The notes below the pieces were generated by a model. It worked only from the letters and a program-made list of their open reading frames with translations. It had not been told where the DNA came from and made no database searches. A program made the translations under genes and the position numbers. From Phoronis australis (Eukaryota > Animalia > Phoronida), in NCBI GenBank assembly GCA_002633005.1, contig NMRA01000033.1, positions 274,238-338,237 on the forward strand: a stretch of 64,000 nucleotides of DNA, in the 5' to 3' direction. Positions 24,463-38,527 of the stretch are shown here, one piece after another; within the stretch, counting starts at the first letter, position 1; each line of letters starts with the position of its first letter.

Positions 24463-27400
24463 TGTTAAGGACACTTAAACAACAGGTTATTGTTCGCGGT
24501 GATTATAGAATTAAATCCCATGCAATAATCAATGAAGCCCCATAGAAACTACCCATCACCTAAAAAAACTTCAATACAGTCAGCAGCTCTCACAACGCTA
24601 CAGCCTCGACCGTCAAGAATAAAATAAAATTTAATGCGTCCCTACAACGACTGTCTTCATTTTGCCTTCACCGGTTAAGTGTGATGTCTATGCCAGTCCA
24701 ACATTTTCTTGGAACAGATCCTGCCAACTGATGTGAAGCATTCTCATTATTACCTCATCTGATCCTTAACTTCAGTTCATCCTAAAACTCAGGGCTTGGT
24801 TACTTGAAGCTTGATGATATTTCAACCTGCACAGGTCAACAAATTTCTACTGTGGTCATACCTTTCACACAGTAAACAAGTCCATCGTTGCTGCGCTAAC
24901 TGCCGGCAATACAATCCAATCAGAAATTACTACCTGAACTACCAGGCAATGTTTTCTCTCAAGCAATTGGTGTTTGATCAAACGCCAAGAACCGATCTCT
25001 CTCTGCGCACCTCATTAGAACTTAGGAAGTGTGAAAAAATGCCAACCGAGTATGGAGTATCTTTACACACAGTATCACTGCCTTGGACTTGTCAGGTTGA
25101 GTTGCTGCATTCACTTTCAAGATGTGCTGTGGGTAAACTTAATAAATGTACAGTGTAATTTCAACAAGGCAGCAGCTATAAATAATACCTGACGTCAAAT
25201 GGCGCTATTCTCATGCCCTTCCAGCCAAGAAAAAAAGTTTTTAATCAGGCGCTAATAAACAATCCCAATACTTCAAGGCTCTTTAGCACTCTGTTCAATT
25301 CAGGCTTTTGTAGCGTGAACATTTGCTGCAGTGAAATACCTCTGTACAATGCTTTACTGGCCTTGTTTTAAGCTCCCCAATGGAATTCACTGACAGCAAA
25401 TTCTCAAGCTATCACTCCAGTCCGCCTGCTGACCATCCATCAGCCGATGAAAAATCAAATTAAAACCTCTGATACTTCGGCATCACTTCGAGCACAAGGG
25501 TAGCAACTTTTGTCCAACAGAGGTAGATAGAACAGGTGCATTGAAACAGTAGGAAATGTCACGGCAGTCAAAAAACCTGTATCCGTCAGCTGAGATTGTC
25601 ACCAAGTAGATTACGGATTATAGCCATGCGAGGCCACAACACCTTGAATGCTGGACAAAAACCTGCCAAAGCTATTCAACATCAATTTGTCACAATATTT
25701 ATCCACCAACTGATCGTGTAGTCAACTCAAGATTATTGATCCAAGTGAGCACGTATTCACTCATTGCTGGCCTATCAGCCTGACAATACGTCAAATAGCG
25801 CGATACTCCGTAATTGCTATGGCTATTTCCAATTTCACATTTATGTAATCTCCGTCATCAGTAGATGCATTAGAATTTAAATGTGAGCCTGTCATGTCCA
25901 TCAGCGCTGGATCACTCAAAATGTACGCCGATGTCACACGCAAAACGTCTGCTACAACAGCAGATGAAGGAAGCTCTTTTACCGTGGTGACTTTTTAAGG
26001 TCAGGGGACTATTGTCCTAAACAGTAATTAAATCATACATTCTAGATAAAAAATAATTAACAGCCAAACCAGTGCAATCTGTTACTGGCATATGTCATTG
26101 TATTTGAACCATCAGATGTTGACAGTGAAGGTAAGATTTTTACTGCCTTAAAAATAAAATATTGTTCACAAAGTTTCATAAAAACAAACATTAAATTTAA
26201 ATGAATTGCAGTTTTAAAAAAACCAGTGGAAAGTTCAAAACGCATTTTAAATGTGAATGGTTGTACTTTTGTTATTAAACTAGAATTTTCATTTTAATCA
26301 CTTATTCTTGTGATAACTCACCCAGACAAGTTACAAATACAGTACACTGCGACAATGAGACTATAAAGTGGCTTATAAAATGATTTTAAGAATGAGTTTT
26401 TCTGGCAAAAATTATCCATTGCAAATCACCAAACTGTGTCCAGTATTAAAGTACCACGACGTGGTGCTGGAAAATAACACTGCATGATGAGGACGATGTG
26501 AGCCAGCGAGGTTCGTTACTAGTGCAAGGCCATCTGTTGGAAGATTTTTTTGCTTTAACATTTACAAATTATCTACGAATACAACTGCAGCTTGCTTACC
26601 AACCCAAAACCTACGCTGCTTGTCAAAAAACAACCTTGGATTTAGACCACTTATCGTAAAAAATGGGTTTCGTACATGTCCTTACTTCAATTCAAGGCTT
26701 GAGAAGACAAGTTACAACTGCTTCACAGCAGTCCCAGAAGTTACTTGTCATGGCAAGTTAGTCAGTGGCAGTCACCCATGCAGTATGGTTGTCAGGGGCA
26801 ATGGCGCTACAGTTGCAACTTTTGAAATTGGTTTTGAAGTGTTCAGACCATGAGTTAGAACCTTTAAATCGGTTTTAAAAGTTATAAAGAGCTTTGGTGT
26901 GAAGAGGGCATAAAACACAGCTTTAAATGTGCATTATGTATTTAAAAATCATGACCTTCCATAGTTTTTGATCCAATATCATTTCCCATACATAAATGAC
27001 CAGAGTTAGAATCAAGATGGCGAAATCTTCCAGGCCATCTTATATGGTGACGTCACACTTTCTGTCCCTATCATGCCAGACGCAGCGGTTCAAATAGAAC
27101 AGAGCTGGTTATTATTATTATACTTCCTATCAACTAAATCATAACAGCATTTTCAACCAGGATTAGGGGTTTTTTCAGCTAATGCCAAAATCAAAATTAA
27201 CTTGCATACGAAAAAAACACACCCACACCATTAAAACTACAGTATACATTGTGAAGCTTCTTCAGAATGGACAGTTGTCATTTATCATTTATATAATTAC
27301 TCAGAACAATTACAGCGAATAGAATAGAGTTCATTGATACTTCAGAGGCAAAAATTTGTCCGTGCTCACTTGATTCAATCTTGTTTGAAGTAGGCGATTT

Positions 27401-30400
27401 CGACTTAACAAATAACATTGGCACTATAGGGAGCTTAATTAACTTAAAATATTTTGTCAAATGTGGTGAACGTTGTCCAATTTGTAACACAGTACGTCAA
27501 ACAAGGAGAATTCTGTTTAGTCAAATTTGTCGGCAAAAACATTACGGAACTTTTGATTCTTTGATTCATCATAATTATGGACAGCACAGTTATCGAAACA
27601 AAAACCTCAGATAAAATTTAGATTATTTAACAAACATAATCAGTCTGTGAAAAGCAAAACATTGCTAATTTGGCAAACACGAATGAGCAAAACGGAGCAA
27701 AGATTATGCCAAAAATGCATTACTATTGTCTGGTGTTATTATTCTAAACACGAGTTTGTGGTACGAAATGTTTTCAGTTGCTCACTTTTTCAAAAAAGAA
27801 AATTCACCTGAAATGAGCATAAATGATGCGGGATTTTTTACTCATTGCTTGGAAAATCATATACTTGTTTTCGTGCCTTTATGCAGAATTTCAAAAAAGA
27901 AACCTTTCCTGAATCTGATACGGGCGAACGGTTGGTGAGTGCAGGTTTTCAAAATGAGTCAGGGTAAAGACCGGAATCAACTTGGCTTTTTTGGCCTGAC
28001 CATACTTGTAGTTATCGAAAACTTTTGAAAATTCTGAATATCTTTACTGAGTAACAACGCTATCTTAAAACCAAGAGAAAATATAACCGATCACACATGG
28101 ATCACTCCAAGGCAAAATTAGTTACCCCCATGTCTACGGTCACAACTGTAATTTCAAAATTCCAATATTATCATTTTTATAAACAGCCTATAATCACATT
28201 ATTGATCTCTGCATCCTCTTCAAGCAAGCACAAACGTGAACCAAGGCAAGATCAATCACCAGACCTATCTACAAACACTAAACTCTATTTATTATTTACT
28301 GAACTAGATAAAACGTCATGTTTCAATAGTAAAATCCCACAGGGTTTTACAACAAAAGCATGTTGACTATCAACCAACAACGAGAAAATTAAGATGAATG
28401 AGCTTATCCTGAGTCGTAAAAAAACAACAGTTGTAACACAATCTAATAATATGTGATTCAGTGAGTTGCTCCAAGGCATATTACCACAAAATGTCAAGAG
28501 ACGATTCTTACATCTATTTAACATTATACCATCGATAATTCACCATGCATGAAGACCTCACAAAAGACCCACAGCTCAAACTTTGCGATGCATTAACCAG
28601 CGATGAATTTTAAACGTCTTGTAGAAAACACATAGTGGCTTTCAATACAGTGTTTGGCCATGCAAGAAAAACAATAAGGTCTTAAATACACAAAGTTGCA
28701 CTTAATTTAGATGCACCATTTAAAATACCTTAAAAAACTAAGTTTCAAGAAGAAATGCTGTTTAAAAAGACCCTCACAACACTCAATTTAAGTTCATGGC
28801 AAAATTAATTTGGAATAAATCAAGTAATGAGTCATCCTATCGAAGCAAACAATAAACTACATTCAGTCCATTCCTTTACTGTGCCTAATGTGAATGCTTA
28901 CTCAACTTATTAGCAAAAAACAAGAGATTCCACCCCAAAACATGTACCAAAACAGTGAAATTGAGATAAATTTCGGTTCAAATCGTTTAATCAGTTGAAA
29001 AACAGTGCTTGAGATACATGATGTGACGTAAATCTTGTTTATAAGCATGTCACGGTAATCTTTATAAATAAGACACGAACAGAATCTATTTTCATATCAC
29101 AAACAAAGAATAAAAACTTGTTTGTCATCAGGCTAAAAACAGTTGCCTACACAACTACCATGCTTCTACATTAATGACCCAATTATTAATTCATGCGTTC
29201 TTCTATCAGTATTGCAATATTTAACTCCGTTCACAGTATGCGCGTTTTCATGTTTCAGTTTGGATAAGGTAGATTGACATTATCATGCAGTTGTAATTGA
29301 TAGCCTGCTCCGTAATTTATGGCTCGTGAAGATGCCATTGTACAGATTTACAGTTAAAGACAGTAAATTTATAGCTTTGCAAACAAAGCAGTTCAGGGGA
29401 AACTTGAGGTGAACTGAGACAAACAAATAGATACCCGACTTTTCCCCAAGGTCAGCATAAAACATCTTAATCACATTCGTAGAAGAACACTGGAAAATAA
29501 GTTAGGTGCAGTCAAATGACGTAGATAATATTCATATTTGACCTGTGCGATGCCAACAAGTGTCAATCTCTAGTTGGGTTACACTATGGAAAATAGCTAC
29601 TAAATTTCAAGAAGACTTTACATTCACAAGAATAATACCTAGAGTAATTGTTACTTTTAAAACATAATTTTGAAATTATCAAAAGCAAAAATTTTCTGCG
29701 AAGCCAGTATGATCAGTTTAGTTAACTTCGCAGTTAACGTCAATGCTCCGCTTAGACCGCAGTTAAGTCAGTAGGCCTGTGACTTTACCAGTTACACAAG
29801 TTTAAATAGGCTAGTATGTATCAAGTGGCATTCAGCTCAACCAGCAAAGTGTTGTACCCTAACCAATCGGATGGACCATGAATTATACTGCTTTCCCACT
29901 GACCAAATCCAGGTAAAGAGCCAGGTAACATACCTTAAGATAATTAAGATAAGCAAGTCTAGTAAACCAAATTAAAGCCATCCTAATAAATATTTAAGGT
30001 TCAACAGATTAAAACCACAGATGGCGTAGGTGTTGACCATTTGAAACAAGAACCTGATGAAGGTGAAGCCAAATGGAGTCGAACGAGACGGTTATTCAAG
30101 TTGTTGTATTGAACGCTACACAGACTTATCAGGGTTGTAGTTTCGACAGATCAATGTGAACTTGCGACTTCCTGAGAGCCCAAGATACTTTTTACACCAA
30201 GAAACGCACTGCTGACGCGATCAGAAGACTGAGACTGAATGGCGCAAAACTGAACATGGTCACGCAGACTCTTGTCAAACTGATGAAAATTTTTTACTGC
30301 AGTAGCCACATCTATTCCAGTGGATTAAGCCTTCCTACAGACTGGATTACAAATGACGCAGTTGCTAATCATGTTTTGAAGAGAAGCAAACTTAATATGG

Positions 30401-31959
30401 CAGCCCTGAGTCGAATTGGATGGCAAAGAATAAGTTGGGTGGTTGACCAGTACCTTTCACCACTGATTAACTATGGTATTTATGGTTGGAGGGCCAGGTC
30501 TCCTGAGTGTTTGATAATGTCTCTAATGATAAATCAGATAAGATCTTATCCTCGCCTGACTTGGCTGTGCTGTTAAACTTGAAATATAACTTATAAACTG
30601 TTTAAACACAAACCAATAACACTCCAGAATTCCTTGTCAAATGTTGATCGTGTTTATAGTTTTTGAATCACCAAAATCGCTCAACTACAACCGAAGTAGA
30701 CAATCTATTCTATTTGAACCCATACCAATGGGTTTGACTGTTTTCATATTACATAGTCTGTAATAAGGTGCAACTACTATACTTTCACGTTCGCATCCTT
30801 GATACAGATGCATAATTCTTGCGCTTGATCCAGCACGTTTCTTTTAGCACTGATGTGTTGGTTTTATTTACTAAGCGACTGTAATAAAGGTATAATCCTG
30901 ATGTACTGGTTACAAAGCTAAGGTCTAAGCCACGTGGTCCTTCAGTTTTCACGCGCAGAAAGCCTGATTACTCCAAAACGTGAAGATATGTTGTGAATGC
31001 GTAGTTAACTTTCCTACAAAAATGCAGGTCAGTGTTTACGCTCACACTATGAGCGAGGTTGATGGAACTCATAAAACCGCACAAAGATCTTTTATTAGCG
31101 AAAAAAATAAAAATTAGTCGTCGTGATTTTATTTCTGTGTAAAAATAACCTTCACGCCCCTTGATAAGGCCTATCCTATGTGTGCAACCACAGCAAACTG
31201 TCCCTTGCCGGTACCAACCATTTTGCGTGACGTGAATTTTGAACTCAAAGTTGAAAGCAAATGTCCCATGGAGTACGAAAATGTAGTTGAAGTGCGATAC
31301 TGAGTGTTTCAGGGTCTATTCATTTGAGTTTTATTTCACAAATTAAATTTTCACATGCATTAAAAATTTTAAACTTGGACGTTCAGCACGACATAATCAC
31401 CAATCTAAAAACTGTCCTACTGACATAGGACCAGCTATGGCCCAACGTGCAACATTTAATGAAAAGGCGGCTGGAATCCGTTCCTCAGTAATGCGTACGT
31501 TTTTGGGTAAAGCCCGGAACTAGGTACCAAAAAGCCACACAGCCAAACTCCTTCTTTCAAAACAAGTGGGTCGGGTGGAACGTCTTTTCGTTACTGAATA
31601 AACTAGCTCAAGAGCACCTCAGTCGACTTCACGGAGTTAAAGGGCTTTAAAGGAGTCCACTACCAACTGAAGCTAAATCTTTCATGGAACAAGTACCAGT
31701 GGCAATGCCAGATAAAAATTGTTATAAACAAACCAAAGAAACCTGGATTACCATCAATTATTCATTCTTTTTGTTCTGTTACCAGATGCGACATCCAAAG
31801 TGGCTTGGTTTCAGTAACCGTTTGTGAGGCCTGGTAGATAATAGGGCTGTCCCACATTACACAGCAACACTGAATCTCGCTGTATTTACCCACAATGCCA
31901 GTAACATCAATCAGGCACATTTCCTGCCTCGTTTTTATGCCACTGGAGTATTACTTANA

Positions 31960-32417
31960 CGTATTTTGAATATTGCAATGCATGTGTTCCAAAATCTAAA
32001 TAACTTGGGTCCTATATTTTTGTATTAGTGCGCGCCGAATGAAAGTAATCGTGAGTGTTGCTGTGTTGCAAAATCTCTTATCCTGGGCCGATTTGAAAAA
32101 TTCAAAGTTGTACTCATATTTGTTTTCGCTCCTCTTTTCAAATATTACAGTAAAAACTACGTAAAACTCTCTCCATAAAAAGTACAGTCTGCTAGCTAGA
32201 TTGTAATCAGCTGATCATATCCGCATGAGCGAAGCCAATTATCCTCGCTCGTGACTCGATGACTAGAGCAGCTTGGCGGCATCCCTTTGATCGTGAGCCG
32301 GGCGCGACTCAGCCAAGGTGCATAAATACGGTCTAGTTCAATTTTCCATACCCCACCGTTTACGTTAACCACTGGGGTTAGAACCAATTTTATTTAGTGG
32401 GAATGTTCATAGCATGC
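31960..32417 (+). repeat. Dispersed repeat, unclassified (copy 1)
   Basis: Clearly alignable, with high identity, to 41238-41721. Confidence 0.85.
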
Positions 32418-32596
32418 TGGAGTTTTACTTATTATTTGTAGTCTGATTCTTTATAAGTTTTTGTCAGTTGTATTGTCATACCAGACAAAAGACTGTGCAC
32501 AGCATTCAACAAAGGAGGAAAGACGTTATTTAGAAGTGTTAATTACAAGTGTCAAGGCTCAAAGTACAACTACAGCAATTAAATTTTATAATAGAA

Positions 32597-33047
32597 GGCA
32601 CTTTCATACTGACTTAACTCCGGTCTGCCTGAGCGGAAGTTAACTGAACCGTTCAAACTGGTTTTGGTAGTTAACAAACACCAAAGTAAATAGCAGGTGG
32701 TGCTGTCGTCATCGAAGTTATCGCAATACAGCGCTGATGCATCCCGTGCAAACTAAGATTTTTAATTGGACAATTTCAGAAAATTTATATGTGCTCATTG
32801 ACATAAAACTTATTTCTAAGTTGATTGTTGATTATAAAATATAAGCAATTATTAGCAACGACACTGCCCTTTAGTTGTTGACGATAATAGTGGCCCATGG
32901 CAATAACCGCACCACAGCACTGACGCTGCGCTGTTAAATCCACCAACTTACTGCGAAGTTAACTGGTCCTGTTAACTTCGATCCAGGCCGAGGTTAACTG
33001 TTTTTACTGACCGCAGCTCCCCAAAACATCAACGCATATGAAAGGGC
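32597..33047 (+). mobile_element. PIF/Harbinger-like MITE family B
   Basis: TIRs AGGCACTTTCATA / TATGAAAGGGCT. Inverted homologue at 34478-34890 and a fragment at about 29715-29775. Confidence 0.65.
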
Positions 33048-33119
33048 TTCGACAGGCACAAACACTTCTTAGTGTAATGATGAACTCTTACAAAACAAAT
33101 GGGAACTAATAACACCTTT

Positions 33120-33700
33120 ATTAGGGTTTTTCATTAAACTAATAAATTTGTTTACACTTGGACTGCTCCAATACTTTCCTGCATAAATCTAACTCTAAAT
33201 CGAGAAATGCTGGGCATACACGTATAAAATGACTTGGACAGAAAAGATGCATGTGGTCAGAATACGTTACAGAATTTTGCCTAACCAGGTTTCGACAGCT
33301 AAATCATGATTCGCACAATGGAATCTCGTCAAACATTGTGAGTTTTCTCGGCAAATTCTATAACAAGTAATGTTCAAGTACGTACTCTAATTTAAATCGA
33401 GAAAAGTATCTTAACCTAGAATTATTATCAACGTGGCTCTGACAGCCCTGTACATAACAATCCATAACATGTTGAGAAAAAATGTTAATAGATGTTGTCT
33501 CACAGCCAACAACCTGGTTCAACAAGAACTCATAAAAACCATATTTACATAGAAGATTTTTAACAGCAGATGCCCACTGCCCAGTTAAACCAACACCTTT
33601 CACTGGAATCCAAATTTAACAATAAATTGTAGGATGCTTTTGCATATCTCATAGAATACATCTTCAAAGTTTTGAAACTGTACATAATAATTTAACGTTA
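33120..33700 (-). mobile_element. Degenerate 3' end of a non-LTR retrotransposon ORF2 (RTE-X-like LINE)
   Basis: Peptide WASAVKNLLCKYGF..LNQ.V...MDCYVQG....NNSRLRYFSRFK..YVLEHYL followed by HF...CP matches the C-terminal pattern of RTE-X-type ORF2. Contains stops and frameshifts. Confidence 0.75.
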
Positions 33701-34048
33701 TATTTATCACACCTTTACAACTGCTCTATGCCCCTGGTAAAGTCATTGAAGGGAAGAACGTGAATGAGTCAAGCTGTGAATCTGCAAGTGGCCTTTCATT
33801 AATACTCAATGCACCACTGTAACTTTAATAAAAAACTTTTTGCCTACAACCACTGACGTCATCATACCAAACTTTGACTAACATCAAGGATGAGTTGTAC
33901 AAAAATACTTTCCAGACAAACTCTGAGTCATCAAACGATTTCTTGGAAAGATTATCAAGAACAAGTTACTAGAGAAGAATCAAGTTGCAGCTACATAATA
34001 CAATGTTTATCTTGTTGTTTTAGTCTCCAGGTTAAATCTCGTTCAAAT

Positions 34049-34475
34049 CATAGCTACATAATTCACAGTATTCATCACAGCTACATAATTCACAGTGTTC
34101 ATCATAGCTACATAATTCACAGTGTTCATCATAGCTACATAATTCAGTGTTCATCACAGCTACATAATTCAGTGTTCATCATAGCTACATAATTCACAGT
34201 GTTCATCATAGCTACGTGATTCAGTGTTCATCATAGCTACATAATTCACAGTGTTCATCATACCTACATAATTCAGTGTTCATCATAGCTACATAATTCA
34301 GTATTCATCATAGCTACATAATTCAGTGTTCATCATAGCTACATAATTCACAGTGTTCATCATAGCTACGTAATTCAGTGTTTATCATAGCTACATAACT
34401 CACAGTGTTCATCATACCTACATAATTCAGTGTTCATCATAGCTACATAATTCAGTGTTCATCATAGCTACATAA
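34049..34475. repeat. 25/27-bp minisatellite, ~16-17 copies
   Basis: Unit CATAGCTACATAATTCA(CA)GTGTTCAT with two length variants. Confidence 0.95.
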
Positions 34476-34477
34476 GT

Positions 34478-34890
34478 GCCAGTTTAAACTTTGTAGTAAA
34501 CAGGTGGATTTAACAGCGGAGCGTCGACACTGCGGTGCAGTATGAATGATTAACTTCGGTCCCATCGAAGTTATCACCAGGTGCCACTGTTATCGTCAAC
34601 AATTAAAGGGTAGTGTCGTCGCTAATAGTTGCTAACATTTTGCTTGAATAATCACCAATCGAATTATAAATAAGTTTTATGCCAATTAGCACATTATATA
34701 TTCCCAAATTGTCACATTAAAAAATCTAAGCATGCACCGCTACCTTCCGATTACATCGATGAAAACAGCATCACCTACTGTTTACTTCAATGTTCGTAAA
34801 CTACCGAAGCCGGTGTGAACTGCTTAGTTAACTTCGCAGTTGAGGTCAATGCTCCGCTCAGACAGGAGTTAAATAAGTATGAATAGGCCT
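34478..34890 (-). mobile_element. Harbinger-like MITE family B, inverted copy
   Basis: Reverse complement aligns with 32597-32970. Terminus GTATGAATAGGCCT. Confidence 0.65.
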
Positions 34891-34971
34891 TTACACCATT
34901 TTTACACAAGGAACAATTGTCACAGCGCGAGTAGCTTGTACACAGCGTTAGATTGCAAACTGGATCAGCAT

Positions 34972-35308
34972 GAGTCATTTACATGAAGATTCTTTGCAAA
35001 TGCTCGCATAAACAATTAAGCGAATGTTCAAACCACTCGGAATGCCAGCGGATCACCCGTATATACACCATTGGGAAAGGTAACAGAGATGATCCTTTCC
35101 AGTTTCCACTATGCCCCAACTTGTGTTTAGACGACTTGTGTAGTTGACACCAGAGCAACTGATCAAGTGCAACTTGCTCTACCCCCCCCAAACTGGCCTA
35201 AAAGGGCTGCAACAGCGATGTCAATTTGCTTGGTATCAGTCGTGTTTAGTCACATACTTGTGCTTGATCAGCTGTTCCATGTCAACTGCACCTTGTGTAA
35301 ATGTGGCT
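34972..35308 (-). mobile_element. Harbinger-like MITE family A, inverted copy
   Basis: Ends GAGTCATTTACATG and GTGTAAATGTGGCT. Reverse complement aligns with 16710-17035. Confidence 0.65.
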
Positions 35309-36884
35309 TCAATCAGTTTTGAAGGTGTAACTTCAACCAGAGCTAATGGGGCTTTAAAAAAACACAAAAATTTTATGCTGTCAGTGTTGAATTAACGTTT
35401 CATTTGTTTATCCAGTTCAGTTGATTTTTTGAAGTATCTTCGGCAGAACTTAAGACTTCTTACATACTTATGAAAAATCACTGAGAAAAATCAACTGAAG
35501 CAGAAAGTGACTTAGATACATTATAGACAATTTGCTACTTTCAAAAATCAAATCCTCCATTCAACTACCACATCTCCACACCAAGTAAATGAAAGACATG
35601 TACCAAACCTAATAAAACAAGCCAGTCTCTGCAGTAAAACATTCATTAATCTATTTGAATTATACAGTGCCATCTATTGGGTAGGTTTTTAAACCCCTCT
35701 TCCATATTCATTGAGATTTCATGGCGAATCATCACGTTATTTGTAGTACACAATTTATCCAATAGGTGTCTGTACATGTATCATAACAACAAGCACAAGG
35801 CAAGAATTCCAACAGCAGGATAACGAGGAGTTGATCGTCTTTATAAGTTTTTACATTATTAATTTGTTAACAAAATATTTTCAAATAAACTCTTAAAAGT
35901 GAAGAAAATCTGTTTCATTGCAGGTGCATGACAAGCCGTGACTAATATAAATTTTACAGGGGTCAATCTATGTGAAAACCATGTTTCCAAAAAGGAACCA
36001 ATTATACAGCACCTGCAAAAGTCCAACAAGCAAACTAACTGCTAAAAATTGTCTCAAGTTGTTCCTTACTCAGATGGGAAGAATTTCTAGCATTCCAAAA
36101 AACTGACACTGACTATACATAAAATGACATGTTATGACAAGCCAAGTCACAAGCAATAACAACTTTGTCAATTCTTCCCAAGCCTTAGGATACCACTTGA
36201 AATTTGACTAAGAAACAATTGGAGACCAATTCCTTGACTCTTAAGCTGGGTTTACACTGAGAGACAGCTGTCCGGGAGCAACTTAACACGGAACAGCTGA
36301 TCAGGAGCAAGTATATGTGTGAGTATGAACATGACATAAGCAAGTGGCGGCCATTTTTGACACGGGTTCGAGAGATATAGTTTGTTGCACTTGATCAGTT
36401 GCTCCAAATTCAACTACACGTCTAAACACAACAGGGGCAGGGCCGAAAGGGGTAATCTTTCAATGTGCTCGAGCAATAGCATACACACACACNNNNNNNN
36501 NNNNNNNNNNNNNNNNNNNNNNNNNNNNNNNNNNNNNNNNNNNNNNNNNNNNNNNNNNNNNNNNNNNNNNNNNNNNNNNNNNNNNNNNNNNNNNNNNNNN
36601 NNNNNNNNNNNNNNNNNNNNNNNNNNNNNNNNNNNNNNNNNNNNNNNNNNNNNNNNNNNNNNNNNNNNNNNNNNNNNNNNNNNNNNNNNNNNNNNNNNNN
36701 NNNNNNNNNNNNNNNNNNNNNNNNNNNNNNNNNNNNNNNNNNNNNNNNNNNNNNNNNNNNNNNNNNNNNNNNNNNNNNNNNNNNNNNNNNNNNNNNNNNN
36801 NNNNNNNNNNNNNNNNNNNNNNNNNNNNNNNNNNNNNNNNNNNNNNNNNNNNNNNNNNNNNNNNNNNNNNNACACACACACAGA

Positions 36885-36926
<42 letters not shown>

Positions 36927-37416
36927 TTTCATGTGGTTTGGGCATTTGCTACTGTTTATGCATGCATGCACTGACAGTTTAAATGATTAAAGGCTGGTTT
37001 ATAGCTGCTTTGAGCATTGCAGATATAAGAATCAAAAGCTAATACATAATAATGATAAAAACAAGATTTACTTAGCAGGAAAAACATGCTGAACACATGC
37101 GTCTCTGGCTAGGGGTATGGATAATTTTACGAACACATGTCCTGAACACATCCACTACCTCAAGAAACTAGAGGAACACTGCATTTATCCACCTTCACTC
37201 TTATAAGGCTTCTATTGTGAGTCAGCATGCGTGAATAATTGGCTGATAAGCCACCTATGGAACTACTTTTGGCTGAATGGATGACCAGGCCATAAAATGA
37301 TAATTAGCCAAGACCTTGTGGCATGAAACAGTTAAATACCTTCATGGCAATTTTGAAAGTGTGGGCATCTTCTGCTAGTCTATTGCCAAAAGTGTTTTAA
37401 AAAAACTTGGTTTACC
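35182..37416 (+). repeat. Duplicated block, copy A (contains family-A MITE 36244-36985 with (CA)n and a gap)
   Basis: Near-identical to 38528-40379 apart from scattered SNPs and small indels. Confidence 0.9.
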
Positions 37417-37641
37417 GACCTCTGATTTTCTGGATTATTCAAATATTAAAACTCAAATTTGCAACATTTTCAGTTCCGCCATCATTATGCTATGGAAACA
37501 AACATAAATTGGCAACAATTCGTACAAGGAACAAAGAATATCTCGTAGCATCACCAAGCCTTGGTGGAAAGCTGTATACTGTATTGACCCTAATAAACGC
37601 CGCGGGTGCTTAGAAAAATTCATTTCACGGAGGGGACGCTT

Positions 37642-37945
37642 ACATGTCGTGAACACATCCACTAAAACAAGAAACTGTAGGAACACCGCATTTATCCACC
37701 TTCACTCTTATCAGGCTTCTATTGTGAGTCAGCATGCGTGAATAATTGGCTGATAAGCCACCTCTGGAACTACTTTTGGCTGAATGGATGACCAGGCCAT
37801 AAAATGATAATTAGTCAAGACCAGTTACTATAATGCAACAAAGAATAATGTCTTGAATCACCTAGCCTTGGTGGAAAGCTGTATACTGTATTGGCTGAAA
37901 CAAACGCTTAGAAAAATTCATTTCACAGGGAGGGGACGCTTATTG
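37642..37945 (+). repeat. Local duplication of 37135-37315 and 37535-37640, including a Tc2-like left end
   Basis: ACATGTC.TGAACACATCCACTA...AAGACC and GCCTTGGTGGAAAGCTGTATACTGTATTG are both repeated. Confidence 0.8.
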
Positions 37946-38527
37946 TAGTGAGCCTACGGCAGTTGAANNNNNNNNNNNNNNNNNNNNNNNNNNNNNNNNN
38001 NNNNNNNNNNNNNNNNNNNNNNNNNNNNNNNNNNNNNNNNNNNNNNNNNNNNNNNNNNNNNNNNNNNNNNNNNNNNNNNNNNNNNNNNNNNNNNNNNNNN
38101 NNNNNNNNNNNNNNNNNNNNNNNNNNNNNNNNNNNNNNNNNNNNNNNNNNNNNNNNNNNNNNNNNNNNNNNNNNNNNNNNNNNNNNNNNNNNNNNNNNNN
38201 NNNNNNNNNNNNNNNNNNNNNNNNNNNNNNNNNNNNNNNNNNNNNNNNNNNNNNNNNNNNNNNNNNNNNNNNNNNNNNNNNNNNNNNNNNNNNNNNNNNN
38301 NNNNNNNNNNNNNNNNNNNNNNNNNNNNNNNNNNNNNNNNNNNNNNNNNNNNNNNNNNNNNNNNNNNNNNNNNNNNNNNNNNNNNNNNNNNNNNNNNNNN
38401 NNNNNNNNNNNNNNNNNNNNNNNNNNNNNNNNNNNNNNNNNNNNNNNNNNNNNNNNNNNNNNNNNNNNNNNNNNNNNNNNNNNNNNNNNNNNNNNNNNNN
38501 NNNNNNNNNNNNNNNNNNNNNNNNNNN

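Noticed and set aside
23042-24468. Plus-strand ORFs of 62-105 aa
   Set aside because: Antisense shadows of the large minus-strand exon.
29934-29981. ATG-to-donor mini exon MALIWFTRLAYLNYLK|gtatgt
   Set aside because: Phase 0 does not match the phase-1 exons; likely chance.
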